The notes: a model not told the origin generated them from the letters alone. DNA of 64,000 nucleotides from Candidatus Bathyarchaeota archaeon (GCA_963832745.1 CAWHVC010000003.1:320001-384000), one strand, 5' to 3'; positions 27,752 to 38,109 are shown, counted from the first letter of the stretch. Translations and numbers: made by a program.

Positions 27752-30049
27752 TTAGGGATTGTTTACTCTAAAGATGGCATAGCGACTGTTTGAGTAAACA
27801 AGTTCCAAAATGCTGCTTCGAACAAGTTTGGGGTCTAACTGGTTCTTATCGTAAACAAGGAAGCTGACATTGTTTTCTTTAATGAAGTCGATGTAGTCTC
27901 TGCTGGCAACAGTAAAGTACCATGCAGGCGATTCATTGAACAGGTCTTTTAGTTGATCTGGTTGCACATTTTGGTAGTAGCTGCCTTCAGAGAAAGTTAG
28001 GGTTTGGAAAGAGAAGGACGCTGTGTTGCCGGGGCTGATTTGGTCAAAGTTGTAGCTGAGTCGGATTGCATCGATTTGCATGCTAGCTAAGGCGCCTATG
28101 TCGCCCCAGTCCGGCGGGTCTTGGAATTTCATGGCGTAGTAAACTTGGTTCTGCTCATCATGCAATGCCAAGTAATTGTCGGTTATGTTATTTTTAGAGA
28201 AGTCAGTTACTGCCCAGTCTGTTCCGCTGGAGGCTGATGGATTAGCCCAAGGGCTTTCCCAGTTAAGCAAACCGGGCAGGTAGGCCTTGTCAAAGTTGAA
28301 GTATAAGTCAAAAAACGTTGTTAGGTACAGTGTGACGTTGCTGATTTGGCTATTTACTGGTGTGATGTCCCAAGTAACTTGAGTCGGATAAGAACTGTTT
28401 CGGATTAATTGTGTTTGGGTTACAGAAACATCATGATTTACATAGACAATTGTTAAAGTTTTTTGTGCGGTTTGGCTGCTGTCAAGTGTATAGTTTCGGG
28501 TCATCTGGTTTAATTCCACTTTCTTGTTTAAGTCGCCAACATTGTAGGATATGTAGTCGCCTGCTGTGGAACTAAAAGTGTCACGTTGCCAAACATTGTT
28601 AATAGAAACATAGTTTTCGCTTGAAATGTCCCCTTTAGCCTCGTAAGCCCGAATAAGCGTAAGAGGGGTTTCTATCTCGTAAGACAAGTCCAATATTGAC
28701 TCTGAGACCACGTTTCTCTCAACAATCGGATCAGTCGCAGCTATCACTGTTTTGTCACAAAACGCGCTAAACCAGAAACCAGGCACATATGTAGCAACCA
28801 CAGTGGCGGGTTCAGGGTAATTAGTTTTAAGCCATTGACCAGCCTGCAAAGCCATCGGGTCAGATGTTGAATAATATGATGCGGCGCCAGCAATTCTTGT
28901 GTTCAACACGTCCCCACGCATCACAAGGGCAACACAAAACAGGGCTATTACACCAACAACTATGGCTTTAACATAAACCCGTTTTATGGTTGCCTTGTGC
29001 ATCTTGTAGTAGTTTAAGGATTTGTCTGCGGCAAAAAACAGGAAAACCGCCGCAAAAATCGTCATAGGCGGCATCATGTAGTATACAAACCATTGGAAAG
29101 GCAAGTATAAGCCGAAAATGTAAGATTCCGCCAAAATGAAGGGTATAATGAAGCTAAGCAGCAAGGTTAAGTTACTTACGTGTTTCTTTTCAAGCCACAA
29201 CTTGTAAGCAGCCACGAACACGCCTGCAACACCCAGGATTAGGACGAAGCCAAAGTTTGACCAGAAAGCAGACAGGGTTGTTTGCGGAATCTGGTACGCC
29301 ATGGCTTTTTGCGCAAAGAACACGTGTTCAATTAAGCCGCCAAGATAGGGCAGCATTGCTCTAACGTAGTAAAGGAAGAATGCGATTCCGCCGCCAACTA
29401 TTATGAAAATCAAGGCTTTGATGCCTTTTCCTCGAGATTTTATGATTAGAAACAGCATAACAGGTACCAAAATTAAAACAGCCACAAACGTTGTTAGTTG
29501 ATGGGACAGTACCAACGCGAAGGCTGAAACGCCGGCGACTATCATGTAACTTTTATGCTCAACTGAGAGGGGCAAATACAAGAACAGCAATAACATAAAG
29601 GCGATACCTAGAACGCTTGTGTAGCCACCCCACATATTGATTTCAAACATTGGAAAACATAGCAGCAGCAAAGCAGCGGCAACTGCACCGGTTTTCTTGT
29701 TAAAGAAACGTGCACCGATAAGGTACACGCTAAAAACCAGCAGCCAGTTGATTACTATTGCCGATATTTTTACGAGAAGAATCAGTTGGTCAATGTTTGT
29801 GGCACCTGTAAATGTGATGAGAAACGCTAGCAAGATTTGGTAAAGTGGAGGTGTCCAGCCCAAGTTGCCTAAAGAGATGTGTCCAGTGCCAAGGAACTCT
29901 TGTGCACGTTCCAAATGTACTGAGCCGTCGTTTCCAAGCACGAGCCCATTCATAGAGATGAGGCTGTAGAATAGTATGAGGATAAAGATGGAAAAGCCTG
30001 TTAAAAACGCAAACTCTATCAGCTTGTTTTTTGAAAGCTTCAATATCAA
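27752..30049 (-). CDS. Polytopic membrane protein, GT-C glycosyltransferase-like
   Basis: GND..VH, WTPPLYQ, WGGY, about 12 TM, then WLKTNYP...WF and a soluble C-terminal domain. Confidence 0.65.
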   Translation of the reverse strand: MILKLSKNKLIEFAFLTGFSIFILILFYSLISMNGLVLGNDGSVHLERAQEFLGTGHISLGNLGWTPPLYQILLAFLITFTGATNIDQLILLVKISAIVINWLLVFSVYLIGARFFNKKTGAVAAALLLLCFPMFEINMWGGYTSVLGIAFMLLLFLYLPLSVEHKSYMIVAGVSAFALVLSHQLTTFVAVLILVPVMLFLIIKSRGKGIKALIFIIVGGGIAFFLYYVRAMLPYLGGLIEHVFFAQKAMAYQIPQTTLSAFWSNFGFVLILGVAGVFVAAYKLWLEKKHVSNLTLLLSFIIPFILAESYIFGLYLPFQWFVYYMMPPMTIFAAVFLFFAADKSLNYYKMHKATIKRVYVKAIVVGVIALFCVALVMRGDVLNTRIAGAASYYSTSDPMALQAGQWLKTNYPEPATVVATYVPGFWFSAFCDKTVIAATDPIVERNVVSESILDLSYEIETPLTLIRAYEAKGDISSENYVSINNVWQRDTFSSTAGDYISYNVGDLNKKVELNQMTRNYTLDSSQTAQKTLTIVYVNHDVSVTQTQLIRNSSYPTQVTWDITPVNSQISNVTLYLTTFFDLYFNFDKAYLPGLLNWESPWANPSASSGTDWAVTDFSKNNITDNYLALHDEQNQVYYAMKFQDPPDWGDIGALASMQIDAIRLSYNFDQISPGNTASFSFQTLTFSEGSYYQNVQPDQLKDLFNESPAWYFTVASRDYIDFIKENNVSFLVYDKNQLDPKLVRSSILELVYSNSRYAIFRVNNP

Positions 30050-30082
30050 ACGATAGGCTTCCCTTTTTTTAGGTTCTTACAG

Positions 30083-32452
30083 CTATTTTTTTACTTCAAA
30101 TATGGCAACTTCATTGTTAATAAATACAAGGTTAAACATGGGGTCATTTGCAAATTTGAGTTTCATTTCAGCTTGAGAACTTGTTTCGTAATATTGGGGA
30201 ATAACAATGTAGTCTAGGTTGTTGATTTTTAGTTCAGCGTGGTAATTGAATGGAGTTGGAAGCGGCAAATTGCTTGGTGTTTCTGGTTCAAGATTCAAAT
30301 CGATTTGCTTGTTGAAAAAGTCGTTGAAATCTTCAACGTTACTATATAAAGATAGATTATCAGTGACTGAATAAGTGGTTACAGACATCTGGATTTCGGC
30401 GTCATGTTTACTTTCCAAATTGTAATCCAAGTAGACTTCGGTTGAGCCTAATTTGGGGTTTGGTTTGGAGTTTATGTCGGGAAGGTTTTGATTAAATATT
30501 ATTTGTCCAAAAGCTTTCACGCCTTCAGCTATAAACCCGATTGTGTTAGGTCTTGCAGGTTCTATTGGCATGGCGCTAGCTTCCAAAGTTGATTGCAGCC
30601 ATGTTAAAGAAACGTTTTCTGAAGTTGCCTCAATTGCAGTTGTCATGTTAACAAACTTAGAGCCCCGATGAACTGTCGTTAATTGGGTGTAAGTGAAATA
30701 TTCGTTACCCCTAGTAATTGAAACTGTAATGTGCTGAGTATCATTTTCCATATACATTTCTTTAACAGGTAACTTATCTAATGTAATTGACTGCGGGATA
30801 CCGTTCACTTCAAACCTGATTTTTGTTTGGTTACTGTTAAAGTTGAAGAACGAATACGGAAAATAGGTCCAGTTTAGTTTAGTCAAGATTTCAGGGTTAT
30901 GCCTTGCAAGGTACCCTCCATCTTCTCTGACTTGAACACCAAGAACGTCGTTTGATAACTTGAATGAGTTTTCAAACAGATAATCGGTGTCAAGTAGGTT
31001 AGTTGCTACTTGTGCAATGTGAAATTCACGTGACAAAGACAAAAACTGTGGATCAACTGCGCTCCATGTGGGTCTATGCGCAAACCCTGCAAACCACCAA
31101 CCATAATACGCTTCAGTAACAAATGTTGAATTTGACGGCGTATTAGCTTTAGCCCAATCCATAGCCTCATAAAGCGACGGACTCATTCGTTGATAAAACT
31201 CTTGAGTCCCTAAGCCTTCGGCGGGAGTCATAAAAATTGGTATGAAGAAGAAACAAACCAGCAAGAAACCAATAAGAAAACCCGAATAAAGGTGAGGTCT
31301 TGTAAGGTTTTTGCTGATTTTGGTCGAAAGCTTATCCAGACGTTTGTGAGTTACCTGTTTGGCTTCTTTGACGCCGCTGTTTAGTTGGCTTGTTAATGTG
31401 CGGTAGGTATCTATTATTCTGGCAAAGAAACCTGAACCGTGGTCAATGAAAAGTCCAATTAGAATAAAAACAGGAATTATTACGAAGTACAGAAAACGGT
31501 TGTAATCAGTGTATTGGCCAACAAGATAACCCTGAGTGAAAACTACAGGAACAAGTATCCATAACGCCAACAAAACGGTTGGAACCGTAAAGTAACGCTT
31601 ATGGTACTTTTTGGACAAGAAGAAATAAAGGCCTACAATGGCAAACAGCGGCAAAATGATTTCCAAGGGCAAAATTCTTGTTGATGCTGTTGCTTGATTA
31701 ATTTCTGCAGTTGTCTGGTTAGTTAGGTATGCTGGCACGATTTGTATTAGGTAGGGCGATACGATAATTGCGCCAAAGATTACTGGCAGCAACCAGCTTA
31801 ATGCGTCCAGTCGAGTGGTGCCAATTTTTTGGCCGAAAACTACACCAAAGAAGATTACGGAGAGCAGTATGCTAACAAAAACAAAGCTGCTTAGCGAATG
31901 AGCCAAAAATGTTGAGCCAACCAGAAGTGAAGTTGAAACGTAAAAAGGAAACTTTGTGAAACGGTTTTTTTGAATGTACAAATAGAATGTTACAGGTATA
32001 AGCAGTAGTGTTATAACGTTTGGGTAACCACCCCAAAGCAGCATTTCGATATCAAACCGTGAAATAGCCACAAGGAAGGCCACCACTATAGCTGCGGATT
32101 CCCTCCAAACGGCTCGTGTTATGAGATAGGAAGCAAGGACGATTACGGATGAAAAGAGTGAAACAACCACTGAATGCACTAAGTATTCAGGCATCCCTGT
32201 TAGCACCATTATTTGGGCAACAAAAATGTGATAACCCGGAAAAGTAAGGGATAACCCGCCGCCCATCTGGTAAAAGTTGTAAAGAAAATTAACGTTGCCG
32301 CCTTGATTGATTGAGTAAATTACACTGTTATGTAAACCTATATCGGCACCTGAAGGATAGGTTCCGTGAGTCATCAATAGAAAACGGTATAGAAAAGCAA
32401 AAACAAAGATTGCGAAGAGCAGTATCAGATGCTTGTTTGTATCTTTAACCAT
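30083..32452 (-). CDS. Polytopic membrane protein, GT-C glycosyltransferase-like (paralog of 27752..30049)
   Basis: GADIGLH, TFPGYH, WGGYPN, RFLYF, AMDWAKANTP...YGWW. Confidence 0.65.
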   Translation of the reverse strand: MVKDTNKHLILLFAIFVFAFLYRFLLMTHGTYPSGADIGLHNSVIYSINQGGNVNFLYNFYQMGGGLSLTFPGYHIFVAQIMVLTGMPEYLVHSVVVSLFSSVIVLASYLITRAVWRESAAIVVAFLVAISRFDIEMLLWGGYPNVITLLLIPVTFYLYIQKNRFTKFPFYVSTSLLVGSTFLAHSLSSFVFVSILLSVIFFGVVFGQKIGTTRLDALSWLLPVIFGAIIVSPYLIQIVPAYLTNQTTAEINQATASTRILPLEIILPLFAIVGLYFFLSKKYHKRYFTVPTVLLALWILVPVVFTQGYLVGQYTDYNRFLYFVIIPVFILIGLFIDHGSGFFARIIDTYRTLTSQLNSGVKEAKQVTHKRLDKLSTKISKNLTRPHLYSGFLIGFLLVCFFFIPIFMTPAEGLGTQEFYQRMSPSLYEAMDWAKANTPSNSTFVTEAYYGWWFAGFAHRPTWSAVDPQFLSLSREFHIAQVATNLLDTDYLFENSFKLSNDVLGVQVREDGGYLARHNPEILTKLNWTYFPYSFFNFNSNQTKIRFEVNGIPQSITLDKLPVKEMYMENDTQHITVSITRGNEYFTYTQLTTVHRGSKFVNMTTAIEATSENVSLTWLQSTLEASAMPIEPARPNTIGFIAEGVKAFGQIIFNQNLPDINSKPNPKLGSTEVYLDYNLESKHDAEIQMSVTTYSVTDNLSLYSNVEDFNDFFNKQIDLNLEPETPSNLPLPTPFNYHAELKINNLDYIVIPQYYETSSQAEMKLKFANDPMFNLVFINNEVAIFEVKK

Positions 32453-32521
32453 ATGTTGGCCCCTGTTAAACGTGCCTTTCCTTTTAAGCGTGTACTAAGA
32501 TGGTAGAGTTAAAGTTTAAAT

Positions 32522-33001
32522 ATGAATCTCGAGTATAAAAGCCCAGAGCATAAAACGGAAAAACAGGTGTTTATAATGTCCTGGCTTAAATCTATGATGG
32601 AAAAAGAACCTCCAGAACCAGAAAATCCACTAGGCACAGTAGTAATCGGAAACATTGAACCAGACATGCACGATACAGCAAAAGAAGCAGTCCGCCGATC
32701 ATTAAAACGCGCAGGATTCAAAACAATCGACGTTGGAAAAAGCGTTGCACCACAAGTTTTTGTTGACAAAGCAAAAGAAAATAATGCAGACATCATTGCA
32801 CTCTCAATTAACACTGTACCAGCAAAGAACAACTTAGCAAAACTTGACGAAGCACTCAAAGCAGCAGGCCTCAAAGACAAAGTCGGCATAATCATGGGCG
32901 GCGCAGCAGTCAAGAAAGAAGATGCAGATGCATTTGGTGCACTCTTCGGCAAAAACAAGGAAGAAGCCCCAGAGTTAGCCAAGAAAGCACTCAAAAAATA
33001 A
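32522..33001 (+). CDS. Stand-alone cobalamin (B12)-binding corrinoid protein
   Basis: VVIGNIEPDMHDTAK, DVGKSV, IIALS, IMGGAAV; likely start MSWLKS at 32576. Confidence 0.85.
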   Translation: MNLEYKSPEHKTEKQVFIMSWLKSMMEKEPPEPENPLGTVVIGNIEPDMHDTAKEAVRRSLKRAGFKTIDVGKSVAPQVFVDKAKENNADIIALSINTVPAKNNLAKLDEALKAAGLKDKVGIIMGGAAVKKEDADAFGALFGKNKEEAPELAKKALKK

Positions 33002-33021
33002 TCTCTGGCTGATGAGGCAAC

Positions 33022-33930
33022 ATGCAGAAATTCAATACCCCCCAAAATATCTATGAAATTGGAAGAGTAAAAGTAGGTGGCCAGCCCGGAGAGCTACCAA
33101 CATTCCTAATTGGCTCAATTTTCTGGCTTGGTCAAAAGATGGTTTCTGATGCAAACAAAGGCATTTTTGATCCTAAAGCTGCAGAAGACATAATCAACAG
33201 ATGCCAAACACAAAGCGACATCAGCGGCGTACCATTCGGTCTCGACATTGTCGGAACAACCGAGACTGCATTCGAGAAATACTTTGACTTCGTTTCCACA
33301 CACAGTGACGTACCACTCATGCTAGATGCAATGAGTCCAAAGACCCGTATGGCTGCAGCAAACATTGCAAAAAGAATGGGCCTTGAAAAAAGATGCTTCT
33401 ACAACTCAGTATACAAAGGAGTAACCGATGCTGAGTTAGCAAACTTGAAAGAAAGCGGCATCACAATGTCAATCGTCCTTGCAGACGACCCACACGACAC
33501 AACACTTGAAGGCAAAATGAAAGTCATCGAGGAAGCCTTAGCACTTGCAGCTAAAGGTGGAATCACACAACCACTCATCGACACGGCCATTCCAGCCTTT
33601 GAACCAGACATGGGAACCTCAGTAAGAGCCATTCCAATCATGAAAGAGAAGTATGGTCATCCTGTAGGCTTAGGCAGCGGCAACGTTGTCACAACCATGG
33701 GTTGGGTAAAAGCAAACATTGAGAAAACATACCGCAAAGGCACAGTCACGGCAACAAATGCAATCTTGCAAACAATGGGTGCAAACTGGTTAATGATCGG
33801 TCCAGCTGAACAGGCTGAGTGGGTCTTCCCAGCAGTTGCAGTCGTTGACGCATATATTGCATCAGCAGGCGCAGATCTTGGTACACGTCCATTAGAAGAT
33901 ACACATCCAATATTCAAGATGTTCATGTAA
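33022..33930 (+). CDS. mtrH: Tetrahydromethanopterin S-methyltransferase subunit H (MtrH/MtgA-like pterin:corrinoid methyltransferase)
   Basis: KVGGQPGELPTFLIGSIF, GIFD, FYNS, PLIDT, PVGLGSGN, GP. Confidence 0.9.
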   Translation: MQKFNTPQNIYEIGRVKVGGQPGELPTFLIGSIFWLGQKMVSDANKGIFDPKAAEDIINRCQTQSDISGVPFGLDIVGTTETAFEKYFDFVSTHSDVPLMLDAMSPKTRMAAANIAKRMGLEKRCFYNSVYKGVTDAELANLKESGITMSIVLADDPHDTTLEGKMKVIEEALALAAKGGITQPLIDTAIPAFEPDMGTSVRAIPIMKEKYGHPVGLGSGNVVTTMGWVKANIEKTYRKGTVTATNAILQTMGANWLMIGPAEQAEWVFPAVAVVDAYIASAGADLGTRPLEDTHPIFKMFM

Positions 33931-33993
33931 CATCTCTTCCTTTTTATTTTTATATTTTTTAAATTAATTTTTATTTAAGTAAGTGTATTTAAT

Positions 33994-34413
33994 GTGTTTA
34001 TGAAACCCATCCGCTGGCTAGAAATAATCCTTCTGATAACAGCAGTTACCATGCTTTGCGTGTACCTTATTCCAGCAGATTCACCAGCAGTTTTCATCCG
34101 TTACGCATTAGGCATCTTTTTCGTGATTGTAATCCCAGGAAACTGCTTAGTCAACATATTGTTTAGAAAAAGAAACAAGCTAGACCTTATAGAAGAAGCG
34201 GTTCTAAGTGTAGCATTAAGCTTTGGATTAGTAGGCATTGCAGGATTATTCCTTGGACTATCACCAATAGGAATGAACGACACCTCAATCGTCGTGTCCT
34301 TAAGCGGCATAACGTTGATCTTAGCAGCAGTGGCTTACCTGTTAAAAGCTAAAGATGCAAGCCATCCAGAGCAACAAGCAACGTTGCTAAAGCAGCAAAC
34401 TAACAATTTTTAA
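33994..34413 (+). CDS. DUF1616-like membrane protein
   Basis: RYALGIFFVIVIPG...LDLIEEAVLSVALS. Confidence 0.7.
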   Translation: MFMKPIRWLEIILLITAVTMLCVYLIPADSPAVFIRYALGIFFVIVIPGNCLVNILFRKRNKLDLIEEAVLSVALSFGLVGIAGLFLGLSPIGMNDTSIVVSLSGITLILAAVAYLLKAKDASHPEQQATLLKQQTNNF

Positions 34414-35459
34414 AGTAAAGACTTTTGAAGCAATGCCATTACAGCCTGCTTAGTGAAAGGGGGCAAATTAACCTCTGCAAAACCTTGACAAGATTCTTTT
34501 GCAGGTTTTCTATTAGAAAGCAAGTCTCCAAACCCGGCACTTAACTTGTCAACGTCTCCGAGTTCATTTGGAAGTAAATCTTTTTTGTAGTCATCATCCA
34601 ACTTAGCAGCTGCCAGCAGAAACGCTGCAGAAACTGAATTCTCCATCAAAACCTGCTTCAACTTGGAAGCAACAGTTTTTTGGTCGCCGAAAACTTGGGC
34701 TTTTGAAAGCTCATCAGCTAAATGTTCTATTGATAGGTGTCGCTCTTCAAGCCTTCGCGTGAGCGTTCGTCCTTTATGTTGTCCTTCCTGCTTGTCTGCG
34801 GCTTCCTTAACTGCTTGTCGAACAGCGCTGCCGACAAGTTGCCCGATTGTTGAGGCAGGTCCGCCTAACTCTATTTTTTCACCTTGCCCTGTAACAGCTA
34901 CAGATAGACTGTCCGTTATGGTTCCGGTTGCAGCGTCACCTGTGTATCGACTGCGTATGTCATAATCGTTCATTGCAGCGGTTTTAGCTTCGGTTGCTGT
35001 TAAGAAAAGGCTGACTAGGCAACTGTCTGTTGGGTTACCGTTTAGGAAAACAATTATGTTTATTGTTCCATGCGTGTAGTGGCTGTTTTCTATGTCTTCG
35101 CCTGAGGATTCGCCATGTCTCCATCCAGCAGTGGCTACCACGGTTATTGTTATGTCACCGATTTGCCGGGTGGTTATGGAGAGGTTTTGGATTTTTGCGG
35201 CTGTAAGCATTGCTACAAAGTCGCTTGTTATTTTGAGGTTTTTCTGTGCGTCATAGATTAGGTTGATTGGGTCGTCGTGGAGGTGTTTGTCGTTGTAGCC
35301 GTCTGGTACAGAAACGTTTAGGACAGCGTTTACTTTTTTGAAGCCTCCATTGTAGATGCCTGAGCTTATGGTCGCTAGGGGTGTGTCACTGATTACTGCT
35401 ACTATGTTGTCTTTTGTCACTATTTTGGCGGATGTGTTGGGTAATGGGTATTGTTTCAT
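34410..35459 (-). CDS. cbiZ: Adenosylcobinamide amidohydrolase
   Basis: SSGIYNGG, MLTAA, VATAG, GTINI, TATEAKT, ATGTITD. Confidence 0.88.
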   Translation of the reverse strand: MKQYPLPNTSAKIVTKDNIVAVISDTPLATISSGIYNGGFKKVNAVLNVSVPDGYNDKHLHDDPINLIYDAQKNLKITSDFVAMLTAAKIQNLSITTRQIGDITITVVATAGWRHGESSGEDIENSHYTHGTINIIVFLNGNPTDSCLVSLFLTATEAKTAAMNDYDIRSRYTGDAATGTITDSLSVAVTGQGEKIELGGPASTIGQLVGSAVRQAVKEAADKQEGQHKGRTLTRRLEERHLSIEHLADELSKAQVFGDQKTVASKLKQVLMENSVSAAFLLAAAKLDDDYKKDLLPNELGDVDKLSAGFGDLLSNRKPAKESCQGFAEVNLPPFTKQAVMALLQKSLL

Positions 35460-35678
35460 GTTGCCACGCTTGTTGCTGTGTTAGGTTTGTAGGATTTAAA
35501 ATGTTTTGTGTTGCAGATTTAATGTTAAAAACCCGTTTTTTGGATGATTGCTTGCCAATATGTCCAATTTTTTAGGTTTTTTTCTTACAGGTGTTTACAT
35601 TTTTTTTGTTTTAGTAATCATACGGATAAACTTAAATAGTTGACAGGGGAGAGAAAGGGGTAATGTGAGGGAACAAGA

Positions 35679-36668
35679 ATGACACTTGACCCAAAAGAAT
35701 ACACTCACCTTATCCCAGAAACCAAAACAATAGTCAACAAAGTCGTCAAAAATAACCTTGGCGACGGCATATTATTCTCCGCTGGAACAGACACTTCAAT
35801 AATCGCCTACGAAGCAGTAAAATACAAACCCGACCTCCCAGCCTTAACCATCGCGTTTAAACAAGGCAGCCCAAAAGACACCCAGTACGTTAAAAAAATG
35901 GTTGAATTCCTAAAACTCAAAGACCACCAAACCCACGTCTTCGACGTAGAAGAAGCCTTAGAAAACGTACCAAAAGTAGTTAAAGCACTAAAAACTTTTG
36001 ACCCCATGGACGTAAGAAACAGCATGCCTGTTTACATCGGCTTAACACTCTTAAAAGAGAAAGGCTTATCAAAAATTTTGACCGGTGACGGGTTAGACGA
36101 ACTTTTTGGTTACCCATGGCAGTTCCATCTCTCTGAAGAGGAACTTTATAAGAAACAGCTTGATATGTGGGCAGAAATGGGTTTTAGCAGCATTCCACTT
36201 TCGAAATCTTTGGGAATGGAAGTAAAACAGCCGTATCTTGACCCCCTGTTTATGGATTGGGCAAAAAAGCTGCCGATAAAAGTTAAAATTAACATGCATG
36301 ACGGCGAAAAATACAGCAAATGGTTACTACGCAAAGCCTATGAAGACGTTATCCCCAAAGAAGTCATTTGGAGGCCTAAAGCACCGCTTGAAGCAGGCAC
36401 AGGAGCAGCTGCATTAAACACTGTTCTACAAGAGCAATTTACAGACGCCGAATTTGCAGAGAAGAAAAAGGCTATTCTTGAAGCGGATAATGTGCAAATC
36501 CGCGATAAAGAACAACTGCTCTATTATGAGGCATTCAGGAAAATCTTTGGCAAACCATCTGAAGTTTTCCCAAATCCAGGCGACGGCGCAAAGCAGTGTC
36601 CGCAATGCAAAGGCTTCGTTAAGACGAGAATTCAGTTCTGCAGAATCTGCGGAGCGTACCCTATCTAA
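35679..36668 (+). CDS. Asparagine-synthase-like amide ligase (no glutaminase domain) with C-terminal zinc ribbon
   Basis: LFSAGTDTS PP-loop, TGDGLDELFGY, PYLD, KWLLRKA, WRPK; CPQC...CRIC. Confidence 0.8.
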   Translation: MTLDPKEYTHLIPETKTIVNKVVKNNLGDGILFSAGTDTSIIAYEAVKYKPDLPALTIAFKQGSPKDTQYVKKMVEFLKLKDHQTHVFDVEEALENVPKVVKALKTFDPMDVRNSMPVYIGLTLLKEKGLSKILTGDGLDELFGYPWQFHLSEEELYKKQLDMWAEMGFSSIPLSKSLGMEVKQPYLDPLFMDWAKKLPIKVKINMHDGEKYSKWLLRKAYEDVIPKEVIWRPKAPLEAGTGAAALNTVLQEQFTDAEFAEKKKAILEADNVQIRDKEQLLYYEAFRKIFGKPSEVFPNPGDGAKQCPQCKGFVKTRIQFCRICGAYPI

Positions 36669-36838
36669 ATATTTTCCATTCTTTTCTTATTTGAAAAACA
36701 TAACACAAAGTATTTGAATAAATTTTGCTAATAAAATGATTTTTTAACCAAATTTGGCACAATTAAAACTTAAATATGTGAAGATTTAATACTTGACACT
36801 CGATATATCGGAGTTTTTCAGGAAGAGGTTGAGGGGCA

Positions 36839-36946
36839 ATGGAACCAAATAAAAAAGGTATGCTTATCAAACTTGCAGCTGAACTTGAAACTTACGGATT
36901 TAAAGTCGAGATAGACTACAAAAAAGAAAAAATCAAAATAATCTAA
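36839..36946 (+). CDS. Candidate 35-aa small protein (not in the ORF track)
   Basis: MEPNKKGMLIKLAAELETYGFKVEIDYKKEKIKII; GAGGGG RBS-like site and TATA-like CTTAAATA upstream. Confidence 0.45.
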   Translation: MEPNKKGMLIKLAAELETYGFKVEIDYKKEKIKII

Positions 36947-36976
36947 AAACCCAGACAAATTTCAATCAGGCTTGTT

Positions 36977-38095
36977 GTGTTAAATTTTGGGAAAGACTTA
37001 ATTCTTCAATCAGTGGTTTGTGAAACAACACAACGGAGGAAAAAACACGTGGCAAATCTGTCACAGCTAAAGTTTGCAATGGCAACAGCAATCTTTCTTT
37101 CAGCATTCATATTTGGAATTTTCATATTCGCAATAGTCTACTTTCTGCAGCTTGACGCGGTAACAGGACTCATAGTAGCGCTTGGCGGTTCAGCCCTGTT
37201 TATCCTGTTCCAGTACGCAATCGGCCCAGCAATTGTAGCCATGACAACAAGACTACAATACGTTAAACCTGGCGAGTCACCATGGCTTGAAAAAACCGTT
37301 AAAGAACTCGCAGACAAAACCGGGCTGCCCATGCCTAAACTGGCGATTGTACCAAACAACACGCCTAACGCTTTTACGTTTGGCAGAAGCACAAGCGGCG
37401 CCACCTTAGCTGTGCACGAAGGCTTACTGCGGCAGCTTAACGAAGGTGAAGTCCGCGGCGTAATAGCCCACGAGCTTGGCCACATCAAACACAAAGACTA
37501 CATTGTTATGACTGTACTCTCCGCTTTACCCTTGATAGCTTACATGATTGCGCAGGTTACTTTACGTGCAGGCATGTTTTCAGGCGGTGGAAGAAGAGGC
37601 AAAGACAATAATGGAGGGGCAATCCTGCTTGCTATAGGTGCATTGTCATTTATTGTTTACATCATAACCTTTCTAATCGTGATGAGGCTTAGCAGGTTAC
37701 GTGAGCATTTTGCGGATGCTTTCTCGGCTTACTTGACGGGTTCACCCCGAGATTTAGAAAGCGCCTTAGCCAAAATCACTTATGGCTTATCTATTTCGCC
37801 AAAGCCTCCTGAAGGTGCAAGAGCATTCTATATTGAAGACCCAGCTACCGCAAAAGAAGAAGTTAAACGCATAATGGAAAACAAGAACAAGTACGACCTT
37901 GACCACGACGGCATTCTTGATGAGCGTGAACTGCAGTTGGCGATGGAGAAAGAAGCACACAGTACATGGACTCAACTAAACAGTCTCTTTGCGACACACC
38001 CGCCAACGTTCAAACGCATACTGCTGCTTAAAGAAATCGAAAACGAAATGGACACGGGCAAGTACGCTAACAACAAAATGTACACCCACGTCTAA
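36977..38095 (+). CDS. htpX: Zinc metalloprotease HtpX (M48)
   Basis: PNAFTFG, AHELGH, SRLREHFAD, THPP; likely start GTG 37049. Confidence 0.93.
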   Translation: MLNFGKDLILQSVVCETTQRRKKHVANLSQLKFAMATAIFLSAFIFGIFIFAIVYFLQLDAVTGLIVALGGSALFILFQYAIGPAIVAMTTRLQYVKPGESPWLEKTVKELADKTGLPMPKLAIVPNNTPNAFTFGRSTSGATLAVHEGLLRQLNEGEVRGVIAHELGHIKHKDYIVMTVLSALPLIAYMIAQVTLRAGMFSGGGRRGKDNNGGAILLAIGALSFIVYIITFLIVMRLSRLREHFADAFSAYLTGSPRDLESALAKITYGLSISPKPPEGARAFYIEDPATAKEEVKRIMENKNKYDLDHDGILDERELQLAMEKEAHSTWTQLNSLFATHPPTFKRILLLKEIENEMDTGKYANNKMYTHV

Positions 38096-38109
38096 ACCCT
38101 CCCCAACTT

